64,000 bases of DNA, taken from contig CM082591.2 in assembly GCA_040954595.2 (NCBI GenBank), positions 6,222,266 to 6,286,265 on the forward strand, read 5' to 3'. A program made the translations under genes and the position numbers. The notes beneath the pieces were generated by a model. It saw only the letters and a list, made by a program, of their open reading frames with translations, was not told the origin of the DNA and ran no database searches. The DNA is from Balanoglossus misakiensis (taxonomy: Eukaryota; Animalia; Hemichordata). Shown piece after piece: positions 40,401 to 52,517 of this stretch (position 1 is its first letter; each line of letters starts with the position of its first letter).

Positions 40401-43400
40401 AATGCAAGTAAATATGGCTTAATGGTGAAGATTTTAGAGGATAGGGAATATATTTGAAGTATTTTGTTTTGGAAAAAAAATATGTGAAATTTGGCAGCTA
40501 TAGGGGCTTTAACGTACTGGTATACAACACAGCCTGTATGACTGTGACTGTTAGCTTGGGGGTCAGGTGGTTATTTCAGGGGTCGTGTTTTAGCTACATA
40601 TCAAAATTTCACTGTCAACAAAGATATACACACAACTATGCTAACTTTTGAACCAAAACATGATCGCTGAAATATTTCTAATTTTAACTGGGCCAGGGAC
40701 AAATTACCTTCGTTTGGAAGTTTCACCTGCATCTAAGAGAGATCAACCATTTCAAAATAAAATTACCAAAACAGTATTGAAAGGTTACGTATCAGGCTAG
40801 GAAATATATGTACCGGTATACTACATATTAAACACTGCTTCAAATTAAATTATGATGTTTACCGATTTGAGAAATGGAGATCACAGTCAGAGTGATTACA
40901 CTGATGTAGCATGGCTAGCAAAATTCAGGAGCACGAAAAATGACAGGGTACATGTACGTTCTGTGGATTTCCACATTCCGGCTTGTACCGTACATGCTAG
41001 GGAAGGGGTCGTCGCGCCGCATGGGTGTCCCCCTTGATCAGAATATGTCCTCCCATACCAGCGCAAACCCCACTGCAGTCGCCACGACCTACTAGGATCT
41101 TCAGTTGCTGTCATGCCCAGTCTATGCTACAGTTGGCTGCTTCGTTCATTCTAAAAATTATCTTAGAGCAAGGGCCTGGTTTTGTGGATGAATCGTAATG
41201 TTTAAAAACAAACAAACACGGCACGACGACCCCTTCACTTTAAGCTCGGACCAGCTCTATTAGCTGTAATATACCATGTTTTCAGGTTCACACAGAATAA
41301 AAATAGTGAAAATACAGCTAAAAGTTACAGCTAATGTCCCTTTTACATCGATTTGTCAACTGAAAACAAAAATGACACCTTGTTTGTAAGAACAATTAAA
41401 ACTGTTCTCCATACCTGTATGCGGTGGGCAGATGCTCATTATTACTGGTAACTGTAATAATTCTCCAATTATGGGTGTGTCCGTGTTAACCAATCAGCGG
41501 TCGCCAAAATAGAAGCGGTACAACAAGATCGTGACTATACTAGAGTTTTATTCATAAGCCAATTAATTAATATAATGATGAATTAACGAGGACTCCCAAA
41601 CAAATTAATGTACATGGAGAGTACATGACACAGACATTTGATTAGTCTATATTTATTTTCAATATTTTTTATCTGTATATGATGGAGCCGAGTTTAACCC
41701 TTTCACCCCCGTTCTCTCTGTATAAAAGTCCAACTTTACCATAGGAAACAATAGAACTGGACCAAACCATAGTGGTGGAAGGGGTGCACAAGTCAGCACT
41801 GACCTGGAGTTCACAGACAAGGCCGACATCCAGACGTGCTTGACATACCTGTATGTGTGATAAATAGTAATACATGTACCAGGGTTTTTTATCGCCTTCC
41901 CAGTCACGAGACTGTTTCTCCACTAAAAATATCCCCCACGTACCAGTAGAGATTGAAGGAAACATCAATATCGGTCGGCGTATGCATGATTATGCGGAAG
42001 TCAAGCATCAACCGGTTTGACAATGAATCAACTTTAACCCAGAAACCTGCTAAAACTGAATGAATTTCCTACCGTGTGCCTGTTTTGCCCGTAACACTTA
42101 GAGATGGTATAAAACGAGATCTCAAACCTATTATTTCCTTGCCAACAATTTAGATCTCTCTTCTCAATTTGTGGTTGGACCAAACTACAATGTATGGAAT
42201 GAAGGGATGTACGCGCAGAACGTACTAAAAATGTAAACTGTGCAATTGTGTGCGAATTTGTTCTTTTCCCATAGGGTTACCGTTACATTGAGAATTGCCA
42301 GAAAACTCACTTCCACTATCGTCATTTTCATGAAATTTTACACGTAGCTCAGTCAAATAAATTTAAATTCAGTGGTCAAATAAAATCGTATGGTCACCAT
42401 TCTCTATTTTGAGATAATCTTTGATAAATGTATTTGCCCATAGACAAACCATTGGTAAAAAAAATGCTGACTCTGCAGTTTTCTTCAATCATCCATATTC
42501 ATAGCCTTGTATTTCAAAAACGAGTGCATTGACTCCTATTTTTTATTACAGATTTTCATTATTTTTACACAGAAATTAAAATACTTTTATTTTTTACGGA
42601 TCATACATCCTTAAAAGGTAACAGACAGAGAAATGCACGTCTACATGTACATGTGTATGTGTGTTTCGCATTCACTGACATATTTTGTGACATCTTCAGT
42701 ACCTAGTATCTACAGAGTAAGTGTGTAGCAATGTTTTACCATTAAAGGGACAAAGTCTCTCTCTCGCTGCCCCTTTTCCATTAATTATGTTTGATACAAG
42801 ACATCGTTCATGTTATTCTACATGTGGATATATATAGTGAATCAACATTCAACGACACACAACTTCCATCTCGGTTGTAGGATATGAGAGTAAAAATCCC
42901 GCCAAAATGAATAAATGGTAAACACCGATTATTCATTTTGGCGATTTTTTCACTCTCGTGTCTACAAGTGGGATGGAAGTTATGTGTGGTTGAACGTAGA
43001 TTTACTATATATCCACATGTAGAATAATTAAACAGTGTCTTGTATCAAACAGAATTAATGGAAAAAGGGCAGCAAGAGAGAGAGACTTTGTCCCTTTAAT
43101 TTAGCAAAAATAAGCTAGTTTATTGAAGTTTAACCCTTGTTGAGACAATGGCACATCATATTGGCTTCTAGGGCATGCACACTGATCTGGGTAAATGACC
43201 TGGGAGTATGACTGTCCTGGTATGGCTAATTCATGCACACTCACAGACTACCCATATACTGTACTTGCAATGGCCTCCAGGGAACATCACATGACTGGCA
43301 CTGTTCTGCTCATTTGCATAAATACATCATGATACATCATGCACATACACACATCATACCTGCCCACCACAACTAGGCACTGCATTGTGAATAAAACCAC

Positions 43401-46400
43401 ACATGTACATAAAGTTCTCCCCGTATCTCCACCGTAAAATGGTATCAAAAATAAGACAGCAAATTGAGAAACTACATTCCAGGATTTGCAATCAAACCAC
43501 TGTTCCGATTGAGCACCATCATCAAATTCCACTCCACGGCACTTCAATGGAATCTGTCTATCCTCGAACTTTAGAACAATGAACGTCTGACAGGGTCCAT
43601 ATTCTCTTGGCCCTGAACTGTCTGGCAACGTACCGCACTTAAAAGGGACAAAGTCTCTCTCTCGCTGCCCTTTTTTCCATGAATTATGTTTGATACAAGA
43701 CACTGTTTGTTATTCTACATGTGGGTATATAGTGAATCAATGTTCGACAACACACAACTTCCATCCCACTTGTAGACATGATAGTAAAAAACATGCCAAA
43801 ATAAATAATCGGTGTTTACCATTTATTCATTTTATCGTAACTTTTACTCTCATATCCTACAAACGGGATGAAAGTTGTGTGTGGTCGTACGTTGATTCAC
43901 GATATATCCACATGTAGAATAACACAAACAGAGTCATGTATCAAACATATTTAATGGAAAAAGGCAGAGAGAGAGAGACTTTGTCCCTTTCATTAACACA
44001 ACATCATTGATCCGAAACCGAGCTACCATGCATGGTCATCATTCAGACAATCTTATGCAAATCTCCTGTCAAATCTTCTGCGTTTTTTTCTTTTCAGTTG
44101 ACCCGTCCTTAATCTAACTTATTGATTTACGTCTCCGTTATTCGCCGACCATCCCTTTGGCCTGTTGCCGCTTAATTTGACTTTCTCAATACGACCTAGG
44201 GGGGCTTATGAATTTTTCATGAGGGAACCATATTGATTAATAGCGTGGGGTTATTGGATGAAAGTTTTCTGTCATCGCTGACAGAGACAGCCATTATTAA
44301 TTTCAAAGAAAACCAGGAGGATTTAAAGTACAGCAAAGTGCATAGGTTCACGACCTTATCAGTTTTACTATCGTTGAAAATTACTTTGCGGCAATTAATA
44401 CATGTACTTTGGATTAGTTTTACAAATTAAAAGCTGTATCAAACTCCCCCCACCCATGCCTCCCTGGGAAATAGCATTAAAGCCCCATAAGCTGCAATTT
44501 TTGAGAAATTATCATGAAATTTATTTTCAAACTGTACTAATAATAGTCCATACAGATGTATGCACTGAAGTATGCAAGTATTATAAGTGCATATATGCAA
44601 GTTTTAACCAGATAAGTAATAAAGATTTGCCATAAAGGAATATGGCCGCCACAACTGATGTTTTGATACTGCTGTTAAGATATTTTCACCATAAAGAAAA
44701 CTACAGCAATGGGAGTGCAAGACAACTGCTGACTCAGCATTTTCCAGAACATTTCAGACGTCCCCTTAACTCCATGAAGAAGTTGAATGGGAAAACTTTG
44801 TTTTCTATCTGCATTTTTTTTGTATTTAAAAATTTGTTGATGTAAACAGCACAGGTTTACATCAGGCTCCACACGACAGCGGAACTAGGAACAAAGTGTC
44901 CCTTTATCTGGTTCAATACTTTTTCCTCTAATAATTACACTATCGCAGAAAACTGACAAAACCATCTGGTTTATCCAGTCAGAAGGATCCACTCTCAAAC
45001 TCATCCAAATCTATCTGTACTGCCTGCGAGATCAAATATTTTATTTGCTGATCAAGACAAGAGATGGTTAGGTATCTTAAGGGGTCCTACAGTGTACTCC
45101 CCAGCGCATAGCAGCCACAGCCCATTAATTTTGGTAAAACAATACAACTTCATTAAAGGGACAAAGTCTCTCTCTCGCTAGCCTTTTTCCATTAATCAAG
45201 TTTGATACAAGACACCGTTTATCGTTATTCTACATGTGGATATATAGCGAACCAATAGGCTGAATCTGGACTAATCACTCTCGACAATTTTTTACTCTTT
45301 CAACTTCCCCTAATTATACAACAGTGTCACTGTCAATGAAAGCTACGTTGAAGAATTTCTCCTCATGCTATCTTCTATATAAGCCATGTTCTTGTTCAAA
45401 ATGGGAAATTGGATACACAATTGACCTTGTTTCCCTTTTGTTTCCGAAAAAACAATTCCATGTACAGACAATAGGTCTATTGTTTACGATCTATAGATAG
45501 AATGCCCACGCCTGTGCAATTGTCACTATCGCTATTGGTATCACTATCAGACACAAACCAATTTATTCCAAAGTTGGCATTAGAATTTGGCTTATATAAT
45601 GACCTGTTGTACTATATTTTTATATTACTTCCTATTTCAATCCAAAGCGTCTCCCCTGCGGTGATATACTGGTAGATGTGGGATTGTGGTCAATGAAAAA
45701 ACACCTGCCTTGGTCTAGAGTGTCTCAGCCAGCTACTCAAGTCAACTACATGAACAATCCAACATATGGTTCGTGTACTGATTTGTTAAACATGGCAGGA
45801 ATCTGCCATCTTCAAATGAGATTTTGAGATTTTCATCACTCACTAAAGTAGCAGAATAATAGTTCTCTACTATTTATTAATTATGGGCGAGTTTTTACTC
45901 ATATCCTACAAACGGGATGGAAGTTGTGTGTGGTCGAACTTGATTCACTATATATCCACATGTAGAATAGCATGAATGGTGTCATGTATCAAACATCAAT
46001 TCATCAATCGATAAAGGGCAGCGAGAGAGAGAGATTGTGTCCCTATAAAAATTAGTTCCCTACAGTGTGCCCTCTAACCAACATAATTTTTAAAAGCTTT
46101 GAGTCAAATTTTTTAAAAATTTCTCTGAGTCAGCCCTATATATATGCATGTATTGTTGGATGATTTCCTTGAGTCACCAGTGAGTTTGTTGAGTCACTCA
46201 GTGGCTCAGTGGTGCATCATATGAGCTTAGAGAGGGCACACACTGGAAAGATGTATATTCAGTTTCTTCCATCACAGCCACTATCATCAACTAAGCTACA
46301 GTCTACAGACATGCTGGAATGTTTTCCTGGAAAACTAATACAAGAAAAATCATGGAACAAGTCGGTTCATGTATACACATATTTCGCCCTGCTTCGGTTA

Positions 46401-49119
46401 GCTCACAGCAAATGATCATTTCTATGGGCATTGTTCGCAGCGATCAGGTGACTTTAACTGTAGACTAGCTGTTTTTTTTGGCTGTTTCTTTGTTTTTTGT
46501 CTGACCTTGCCAACTGTTCTCTGTTCACACAGAATTCAGCTTGCGACCACTGGACCCGACTCAAAATGCTACATACAAATGATCATGGGAAAATGGGATA
46601 GCCACTTAAACAACATGATATTGACGACGTTATTTTTGTATGCTTTAAAGGGACATAAGCTGTAATTTTTGGCTATTTTCCCAGCATTTCTATTCTGTGT
46701 ATCAAATGCATTTTCTTGTTCTACTCCAAACAGTACTCCGCTTGTCAACATAGCCTGTATGTGTGTAACACTAACAGCCATTGTTATTGTTGACAATTGA
46801 ATTCTAGTCCGGACTTAAATTCAACTTTGGCACAATAACAATGCTGACTACACATACACATGATATATGTTGTGTTGATAAGCTAAATGCTGGGCATTGC
46901 TTCAGGATATTGAACAAGAAACTGCAGTAGATACACATTTAACAAAAATGTATAATTCAGAGATAGCTAGGGAGTTGCTTTAAGAGTAGATCTCTGCAGA
47001 TGACAGGGTACACTGATTCCAATCACTGGATTAAGAATACATGCAGATGACATGGAAAATCCCAGTCAATGTTAGCTGAAGAGAGTCTGAATTTGACATA
47101 GAATTTAACAAGACACTTGCATTTTCGGGACCAAAGATTTTTTTGTCTTAGAGGAGCAGGATTAGGAAACTTTTTATTCAATATATCTTGACTGATGGAT
47201 TGTGGGATTTCTGACAACTATATTGCCCAACCTCATGTGCTTCAAAACAAAAAAATCTTAATATTAACCAAACCCCATCCAATCAAGAAACCCGTCTATA
47301 TACTGAACATCTTTTTTTTATTCTTTCTACTATAGACCATTGGATACCAAGTTAATGAACCTCTTTAAACTAGACACAGCTGCAAACAAAACAATTTTTC
47401 TGTCAGTCTTTGTGATGTCCTGTTTAGACAGGTTCTACAGTACCACAAATCAAGTGACACAAAAACCATCAGTAAACCACAAAATGTTACCAAAATATAT
47501 CCCAAATACAACCATATTTCCTTCCTGACAAATTTAATCGCTATTTCATGGAAATAGCAGTTATGTTACAACAGTTTCTAAAATAATCTTAAAATATTAG
47601 ATTATTTCATGGACTCAATAAAATTGGCAAAATATATTACAGACTGAGATATTATGAAAATAGACAAATGATATTAGCTATGGTGGCTTTGATTGGAGGA
47701 ACTGCTAGTTTGCCATTGGTAATGTTTTATTCAATACTTGTCCCTATGTCCTCAAATAACCGTTCAAATGGTAATGGTATCCTAGGCAACAGACAGCTTT
47801 CTCAATCATACTCGGCTACGGGTATCCGTGGTGATATTACAGCATGTTTCAAAACCTAAATGAGTTGCCATGGTTACAGTACCATACAGTTACTTCTTTC
47901 AATCACCCCTATTAATAATTCTATCGGTAGCATTGGTAGCGTTGAATTAGGTCACATACATTGCAAGAATGTCACCTTCGTTTTTCACACCTGATTTCAA
48001 GGTGACATGTTAAAGGGACAAAGTCTCTCTCTCGCTGCCCCTTTTCCATTAATTATGTTTGATACAAGACACGTTATGCTAATGTACATGTGTAAATGTA
48101 TATGTAGTGAATGTACATTCAACCACACACAACTTCCATCCCACTTGTATGATATGAGAGTAAAAACTCACTCAAAATGAATAAATGGTAGAGACCGATT
48201 CTTCATTTTGGCGTGATTTTTCACACTCGTGTTTACAAGTGGGATAGGAGGTGTGTGTGGTTGAACGTTGATTCACTATATATCCACATGTAGATTCACA
48301 TAAACGGTATCTTGTAATGTATCAAACAAAATTACTGAAAAAAAAGGGGCAGCGAGAGAGAGACTTTGTCCCTTTAAGAATCTTTTCCTACCCACAAAAA
48401 AAACTTTCCATAACGATAATCACCAAATGAAAACCTGATGACCTGTTTACAACTCTATAGTAAGCGGAACATGACCCATACATACATGTACAAGTTAGTA
48501 CAACACAGCAAAGCGAAGGTCACATTGCCACCAAAGTAAGCATACATTTCTGCTCAAGGTAATTGTACTTTTCATGTCCTACTATCAAGATTTATGATTT
48601 ATACCTTTGTGCCAATTTAAAAGGGGATTGTAAAAATAGGTATTTAGACATTAAAACATGCTCATAGTCTTAATGTAGTTAGTACTTGCCCATTCGTTTG
48701 AGCCAGTTTGAAATGTACGTACACAAAATCATTTTCTGTACGTACATTTCAAACTGGCTCGATGTACTTAAAATTTAATGTATTTAGAATTTAAAGGGAC
48801 ATATGTTATGCATATACCCTTTTTTTGCAGTTCCGTACACAGACAATAAACCTTTGTCTATATAAAATATCCATGTCTACTAATATGGGCTTTTTAAGGA
48901 AAACAAAATGGCATTATTAATACATACAGAGGCTAGCTCACTTTTTTCATTGCTTTTAGACACATTTTGTGACCCTCACTGACACAGCCTATAGACTATA
49001 GTAATCACTGAAAATATATAATTTTTATTTACCCTAACTGCACCTCATTTCTTGGTCAATTTATACTCTTAATAATTTAATTAATGGTCACATGTACGAT
49101 GCCTTCACCCTAGCAACAA

Positions 49120-49156
<37 letters not shown>

Positions 49157-49159
49157 TTA

Positions 49160-49231
<72 letters not shown>

Positions 49232-49234
49232 TTA

Positions 49235-49332
<98 letters not shown>

Positions 49333-50307
49333 AAGGACGATGCTGCTGCTGATGATGATTACAGTGGCGGTAAGGGTGGTCGCCATTTAGGGGGAGGGGC
49401 AAGTTTGTTTACAGTGACAAGATTCGGCACGCGACCTGTCACCTTTGGTTACTCTAATATGACCGCGCGCGTAACCATGGGCGCTCGTCGCACGGTAGCG
49501 CGCACGGCTGAAACTTACAAGAACAATCTGTCAAACATATGCAGACTTTAGGCTGGCGAAGGGATGATCTTCTATAAAACTTGCGATCGACAACATACAG
49601 TACATGTGTCGCCAGCCGCCTACACAGTTCAGCGACGTGTTTAGAATGTGATGAAACAGAGCGATGATGATTATAATATTGTCCGTCCACGCAAAAGAAC
49701 CTGGGTCTTGATGACACATACCGCTGAACCCTGGACAACATACATTTTGCACAGACACAAACACACGAAGACCGACCAATTAACAAAGGATGCTTTTCTT
49801 ACCACCACAAGGATATATTTTCCACTGATGTCCCTCGGAGGTTCTGTCGCTAGCGGCAGGCCTGCAAACGTGTTATCGGTGCCTTCGGCCGCATCGTCTT
49901 TCCGCTGAACGGTCTGCGCAGCTCGCTTGATGATCCCCGCTGACGAGCGAACATGTCCAACCTGACTTCTTTTATTATCGCCACTGACTTCCCGAACACG
50001 ACCCAAGTCACTGACGCCCAAGTTTTCGCTCACGAACCGGTTGCCGGTCAACGAGACGGGAGCACAACCTACATGCCAAAAAAAAATATAATAATTTCAT
50101 CCATCCGTGTCGCTATGTCGAAATATACTACTCCGATAAAATATGTACAATTATTTTATCCAAAACGCGTCGTAAAATGCGAAATTATTCAGACTGGAAG
50201 AAGCAATTTTCCCAAATCATCTCACCTGATTTTTCTATCAATACTGTGCAGAACCATCCGATAATAAGGACCAAACTTTGGCTCCTTGACAGGCCATATC
50301 GGCCCAT
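25390..50307 (-). CDS. PTPRR: KIM-containing receptor-type protein tyrosine phosphatase (PTPRR/PTPN5/PTPN7 family), 624 aa, 14 exons
   Basis: Exons 50307-50226 (signal-peptide-like [28 protein letters not shown]), 50068-49803, 33978-33868, 33368-33216, 32620-32516 ([18 protein letters not shown]), 32191-32007, 31136-31047 ([19 protein letters not shown] spans the preceding junction), 30610-30511, 29190-29035 ([12 protein letters not shown]), 28366-28229 (DFWRMIW), 27773-27657 (KCEHYWP), 27215-27052 (WPD, VHC), 26132-26019 (SAGLGRTG), 25483-25390 (QTNEQY). All GT-AG with compatible phases, total 1875 nt. The two most 5' exons are less certain than the catalytic ones. Confidence 0.92.
25785..25956. 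mobile_element. MITE family F (hAT-like, CAGTGT...ACACTG)
   Basis: Short TIRs, degenerate 8-bp TSD (ATAGTGAA/ATAGTGCT); homologous copy in opposite orientation at 46063-46245. Confidence 0.7.
26165..26375. mobile_element. MITE family C (CTGTAAAACACTTTATTTTCGCGAG TIR, TA target; Tc1/mariner-like)
   Basis: TA-CTGTAAA...TTTACAG-TA with CGCG-rich interior; several copies in window. Confidence 0.85.
26923..27017. mobile_element. MITE family B copy
   Basis: CCCTTTCACC...GGGTTAA. Confidence 0.8.
27277..27369. mobile_element. MITE family B copy (diverged)
   Basis: CCCTTTCGCC...CATTGTTTTCTA...GAAAGAGTTAA. Confidence 0.65.
28429..28611. mobile_element. MITE family E (AGGTATACAGTCACC TIR, TTAA target)
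   Basis: TTAA-AGGTATACAGTCACC...GGTGACTGTATACCT-TTAA; homologous trimer at 60375-60904. Confidence 0.85.
28608..28700. mobile_element. MITE family B copy sharing a TTAA with the family E element
   Basis: TTAA-CCCTTTCACC...GGTGAAAGGG-TTAA. Confidence 0.85.
29264..29618. mobile_element. MITE family A copy
   Basis: Full TIRs with TTAA on both sides. Confidence 0.85.
29619..29712. mobile_element. MITE family B copy abutting the family A copy
   Basis: TTAA-CCATTTCATCCCC...GTGAAAGGG-TTAA. Confidence 0.8.
30221..30379. mobile_element. MITE family D copy
   Basis: TA-CAGTCAAACCTGT...ACAGGTTTGACTG-TA. Confidence 0.8.
31240..31605. repeat. Compound (AGAC)n/(ATAC)n microsatellite, interrupted at ~31344-31407
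   Basis: Directly visible tetranucleotide runs. Confidence 0.95.
31764..31862. mobile_element. MITE family B copy
   Basis: TTAACCC...GTGAAAGGGTTAA. Confidence 0.8.
32403..32494. mobile_element. MITE family B copy
   Basis: Family interior AGAGGTCCAACCTTACCATAGAAAACAATGGG; about 20 bp from the TM-exon donor. Confidence 0.75.
33615..33707. mobile_element. MITE family B copy (diverged)
   Basis: TTAACCATTTCACCCC...GGAAGGGTTGAA. Confidence 0.65.
34961..35107. mobile_element. MITE family C copy (internally deleted)
   Basis: TACTGTAAAACAC...GTGTTTTACAGTA. Confidence 0.85.
35359..35664. mobile_element. MITE family B copy fused to the right half of a family A copy
   Basis: B consensus 35359-35452 runs directly into the A interior and right TIR (GGGCAGCGAGAGAGAGACTTTGTC). 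Confidence 0.75.
36492..36548. repeat. (TGGT)n(GGAT)n microsatellite
   Basis: Directly visible. Confidence 0.9.
37783..37994. mobile_element. MITE family C copy
   Basis: Near-identical to the copy at 26165. Confidence 0.85.
39083..39282. mobile_element. MITE family C copy (opposite orientation)
   Basis: TACTGTAAAACACTTT...AAAGTGTTTTACAGTA. Confidence 0.85.
41694..41785. mobile_element. MITE family B copy
   Basis: TTAACCCTTTCACCCC...GGTGGAAGGGG. Confidence 0.7.
42200..42614. mobile_element. Putative non-autonomous DNA transposon (GGATGTA...TACATCC-TTAA)
   Basis: Short inverted termini with TGAA/TTAA flanks; single copy in window. Confidence 0.4.
42742..43099. mobile_element. MITE family A copy
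   Basis: Full TIRs, TTAA flanks. Confidence 0.87.
43639..43990. mobile_element. MITE family A copy
   Basis: Full TIRs. Confidence 0.85.
45153..46048. mobile_element. MITE family A copy split by ~630 bp of unrelated sequence
   Basis: Left TIR 45153-~45252, right half ~45886-46048. Confidence 0.65.
46063..46245. mobile_element. MITE family F copy (hAT-like)
   Basis: Reverse-complement homolog of 25785-25956. Confidence 0.7.
48010..48377. mobile_element. MITE family A copy
   Basis: Full TIRs, TTAA flanks. Confidence 0.87.
48700..48760. repeat. 61-bp near-perfect palindrome
   Basis: 30-bp arms with 1 mismatch around a single central base. Confidence 0.9.
49120..49360. repeat. (GAT)n trinucleotide microsatellite (~70 units)
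   Basis: Directly visible; two GTTAAT interruptions. Confidence 0.97.
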
Positions 50308-52517
50308 CGTTACTCAAAATATATCTGCACCGATACAGTTGGCAATCATCACAACACGCATGCGCGAAAGTGCGGCAACGTTCACGCATATCACACATTT
50401 ATCCATGAGCAATCAAAAATGAGTTCCAAAATAAAAAAAATAAAAAGTGAACATTAGTAATGACTTTACTGCTCTGTTTTGATTCTTTTATGCGTCTTGC
50501 GTCGAATATCTTGCCGAATATGGAGGAGAATGCCAGTACAAATCGTAGAAAACAAGACCCAGTCGATTACACTATGACTGCGGATGGATAAAGTGATTGA
50601 TTTTCCCAGTGTGTCTGTTCCGGATGTGATGACGTCAGCTATTATTTACAAATATGCTTTGGTCGATAATATTGAATTTTCTCATTGAAAAGGGGCGGAA
50701 AAAAAAGAACGGGACGCTTTCACACATGCATAATTGCACTCTACGAACCAGCGTGCCTTCATCAGTGCCGCGTTTTCGCTCGCATCTGTAAAATCTTTTG
50801 TGGAAACGACTGTACAATATTTTTATGAATGAAGTGCAAACCCACATCACATGACCGCGCGCGCGCGACGCGCTGTCAAGTTTCATCTCTTTTGTAAGCA
50901 GCCTGCGCTATACGCGCTACCTGTCATATGATGTTATGATCAACTGTGAACCCGCCTGTTACAGTAAATTCTTCGAAAACATCAACCTTGTTCGAGGTCA
51001 GCTTAAATATTTAAGTTAAAAGGCAAATTTATTTTTGTGATTGTAGACATAATAAAAATATCATTATTCGACATACATGTAGTCACCCAATAAGAAATTC
51101 CATTTCTCTAGAAATTTTCTAAATTCCTTAGAATTTAATTATTGTTATAATTATAGAATAACATTATAGCAATTGTACGTATACAATAGTAAAATATGCA
51201 GTTGGCACTTGTTTTTTTTTCGGAATCTGTTTAAATAATTACATGTAAACACTTCTACCAAAAATCATACGTTTGAAGTGACATTATGGGCTAAAATTAA
51301 AATATGCGTTATGTTCAGCGCCAAAAATAAACTCACCAAAATAAACATTAAAATATATATATGTGGATAAGTTGAATTAAAACTTTGAATATGCTGAATT
51401 TTGTCCATATTGTTGAAACATGCGGACGTTTTGTCTTCAATGATCAACACTGCGTTGTCGACGCGTACGCGGACGCGTCGCGCTGCGCCTGAACATGTGT
51501 ACATCATCACAAAGGGCGCCACATACGATGGAAAATCATGCGCGTTTGTTTTGTGATTTTCGGCATAGCATAATTTATTCACGATTTTTAACCACAGAAG
51601 GAAAAACTTCTCTTGCTGTTGGTCAGATATTGTCAACATTTATCGGAAATTTTAATGGACATACTGTATCAATTTGGGAAGGTAGAATATATCTTGGGGG
51701 CGTCGACAAGTGTAAGTTCAAATTTAAAGCATACATGCGCTCTTTTGAGCTACTCAAAAGTGCCACTGTGGTGAAAAGTGGTCACGGGTTGAAAATAAAA
51801 ACGTCGACCGGTTGAAGTGTGTTGCACATGATTTTTGAAAGTGTGTTTATTAAAGAATAACTAACATTTGATTTCTTTACATTACATGCGAACATAAAAA
51901 CTCTCTCTCCGTTTATGTAGAATTATCATGATTGTATTCCGCAATAAAATTAAATTAAATGATCGTTTCTAAGCCCACCAGCCTTATTTCTCACATATAC
52001 TTTCTTGTATCTGTGACAAAGCCTACATAGTATTTTCTGATAGTATCTAAGTGTTCCTTGTGCAAACATTATTCGTTTCAGTAGAAAGGGATATCTTTTT
52101 GCGGTATCTGATTTGAGACCGTAAACGGCTGACGTCAGCTTAAATAATTAATTAATTGACGCGTTGGAGGCGCGTTATATTCATAATCATGTGAAGTCAT
52201 TGTAGGTGTTTAATCAATGCGAAACTATATTGTTGAATATAGCGTCACATTAATGAGTCACGGCGACATTCCCTTTACCTTTAACACAATTAAGCGAAAT
52301 TCTCATAAAACAACGTCACCAGAAGGACGTCACCTTCAGTCATGTGACTTGGGTCAAAGGTCGTCTCGACGATCAAAACAAAACCATTTGCGCTCACCGC
52401 AGAACGCCAGTATACTTTCCATTGTCTGTTGTCTGGCGTAGCGAAAAGCCATCTGTTAGTTTCATCGCAATTATTAGACCGTCTGTCACAGCAACTTAGC
52501 TTCGGAACAGCTTCAAG

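Noticed and set aside
49105-49390. Poly-Met / poly-Ile ORFs
   Set aside because: (GAT)n microsatellite in a PTP intron
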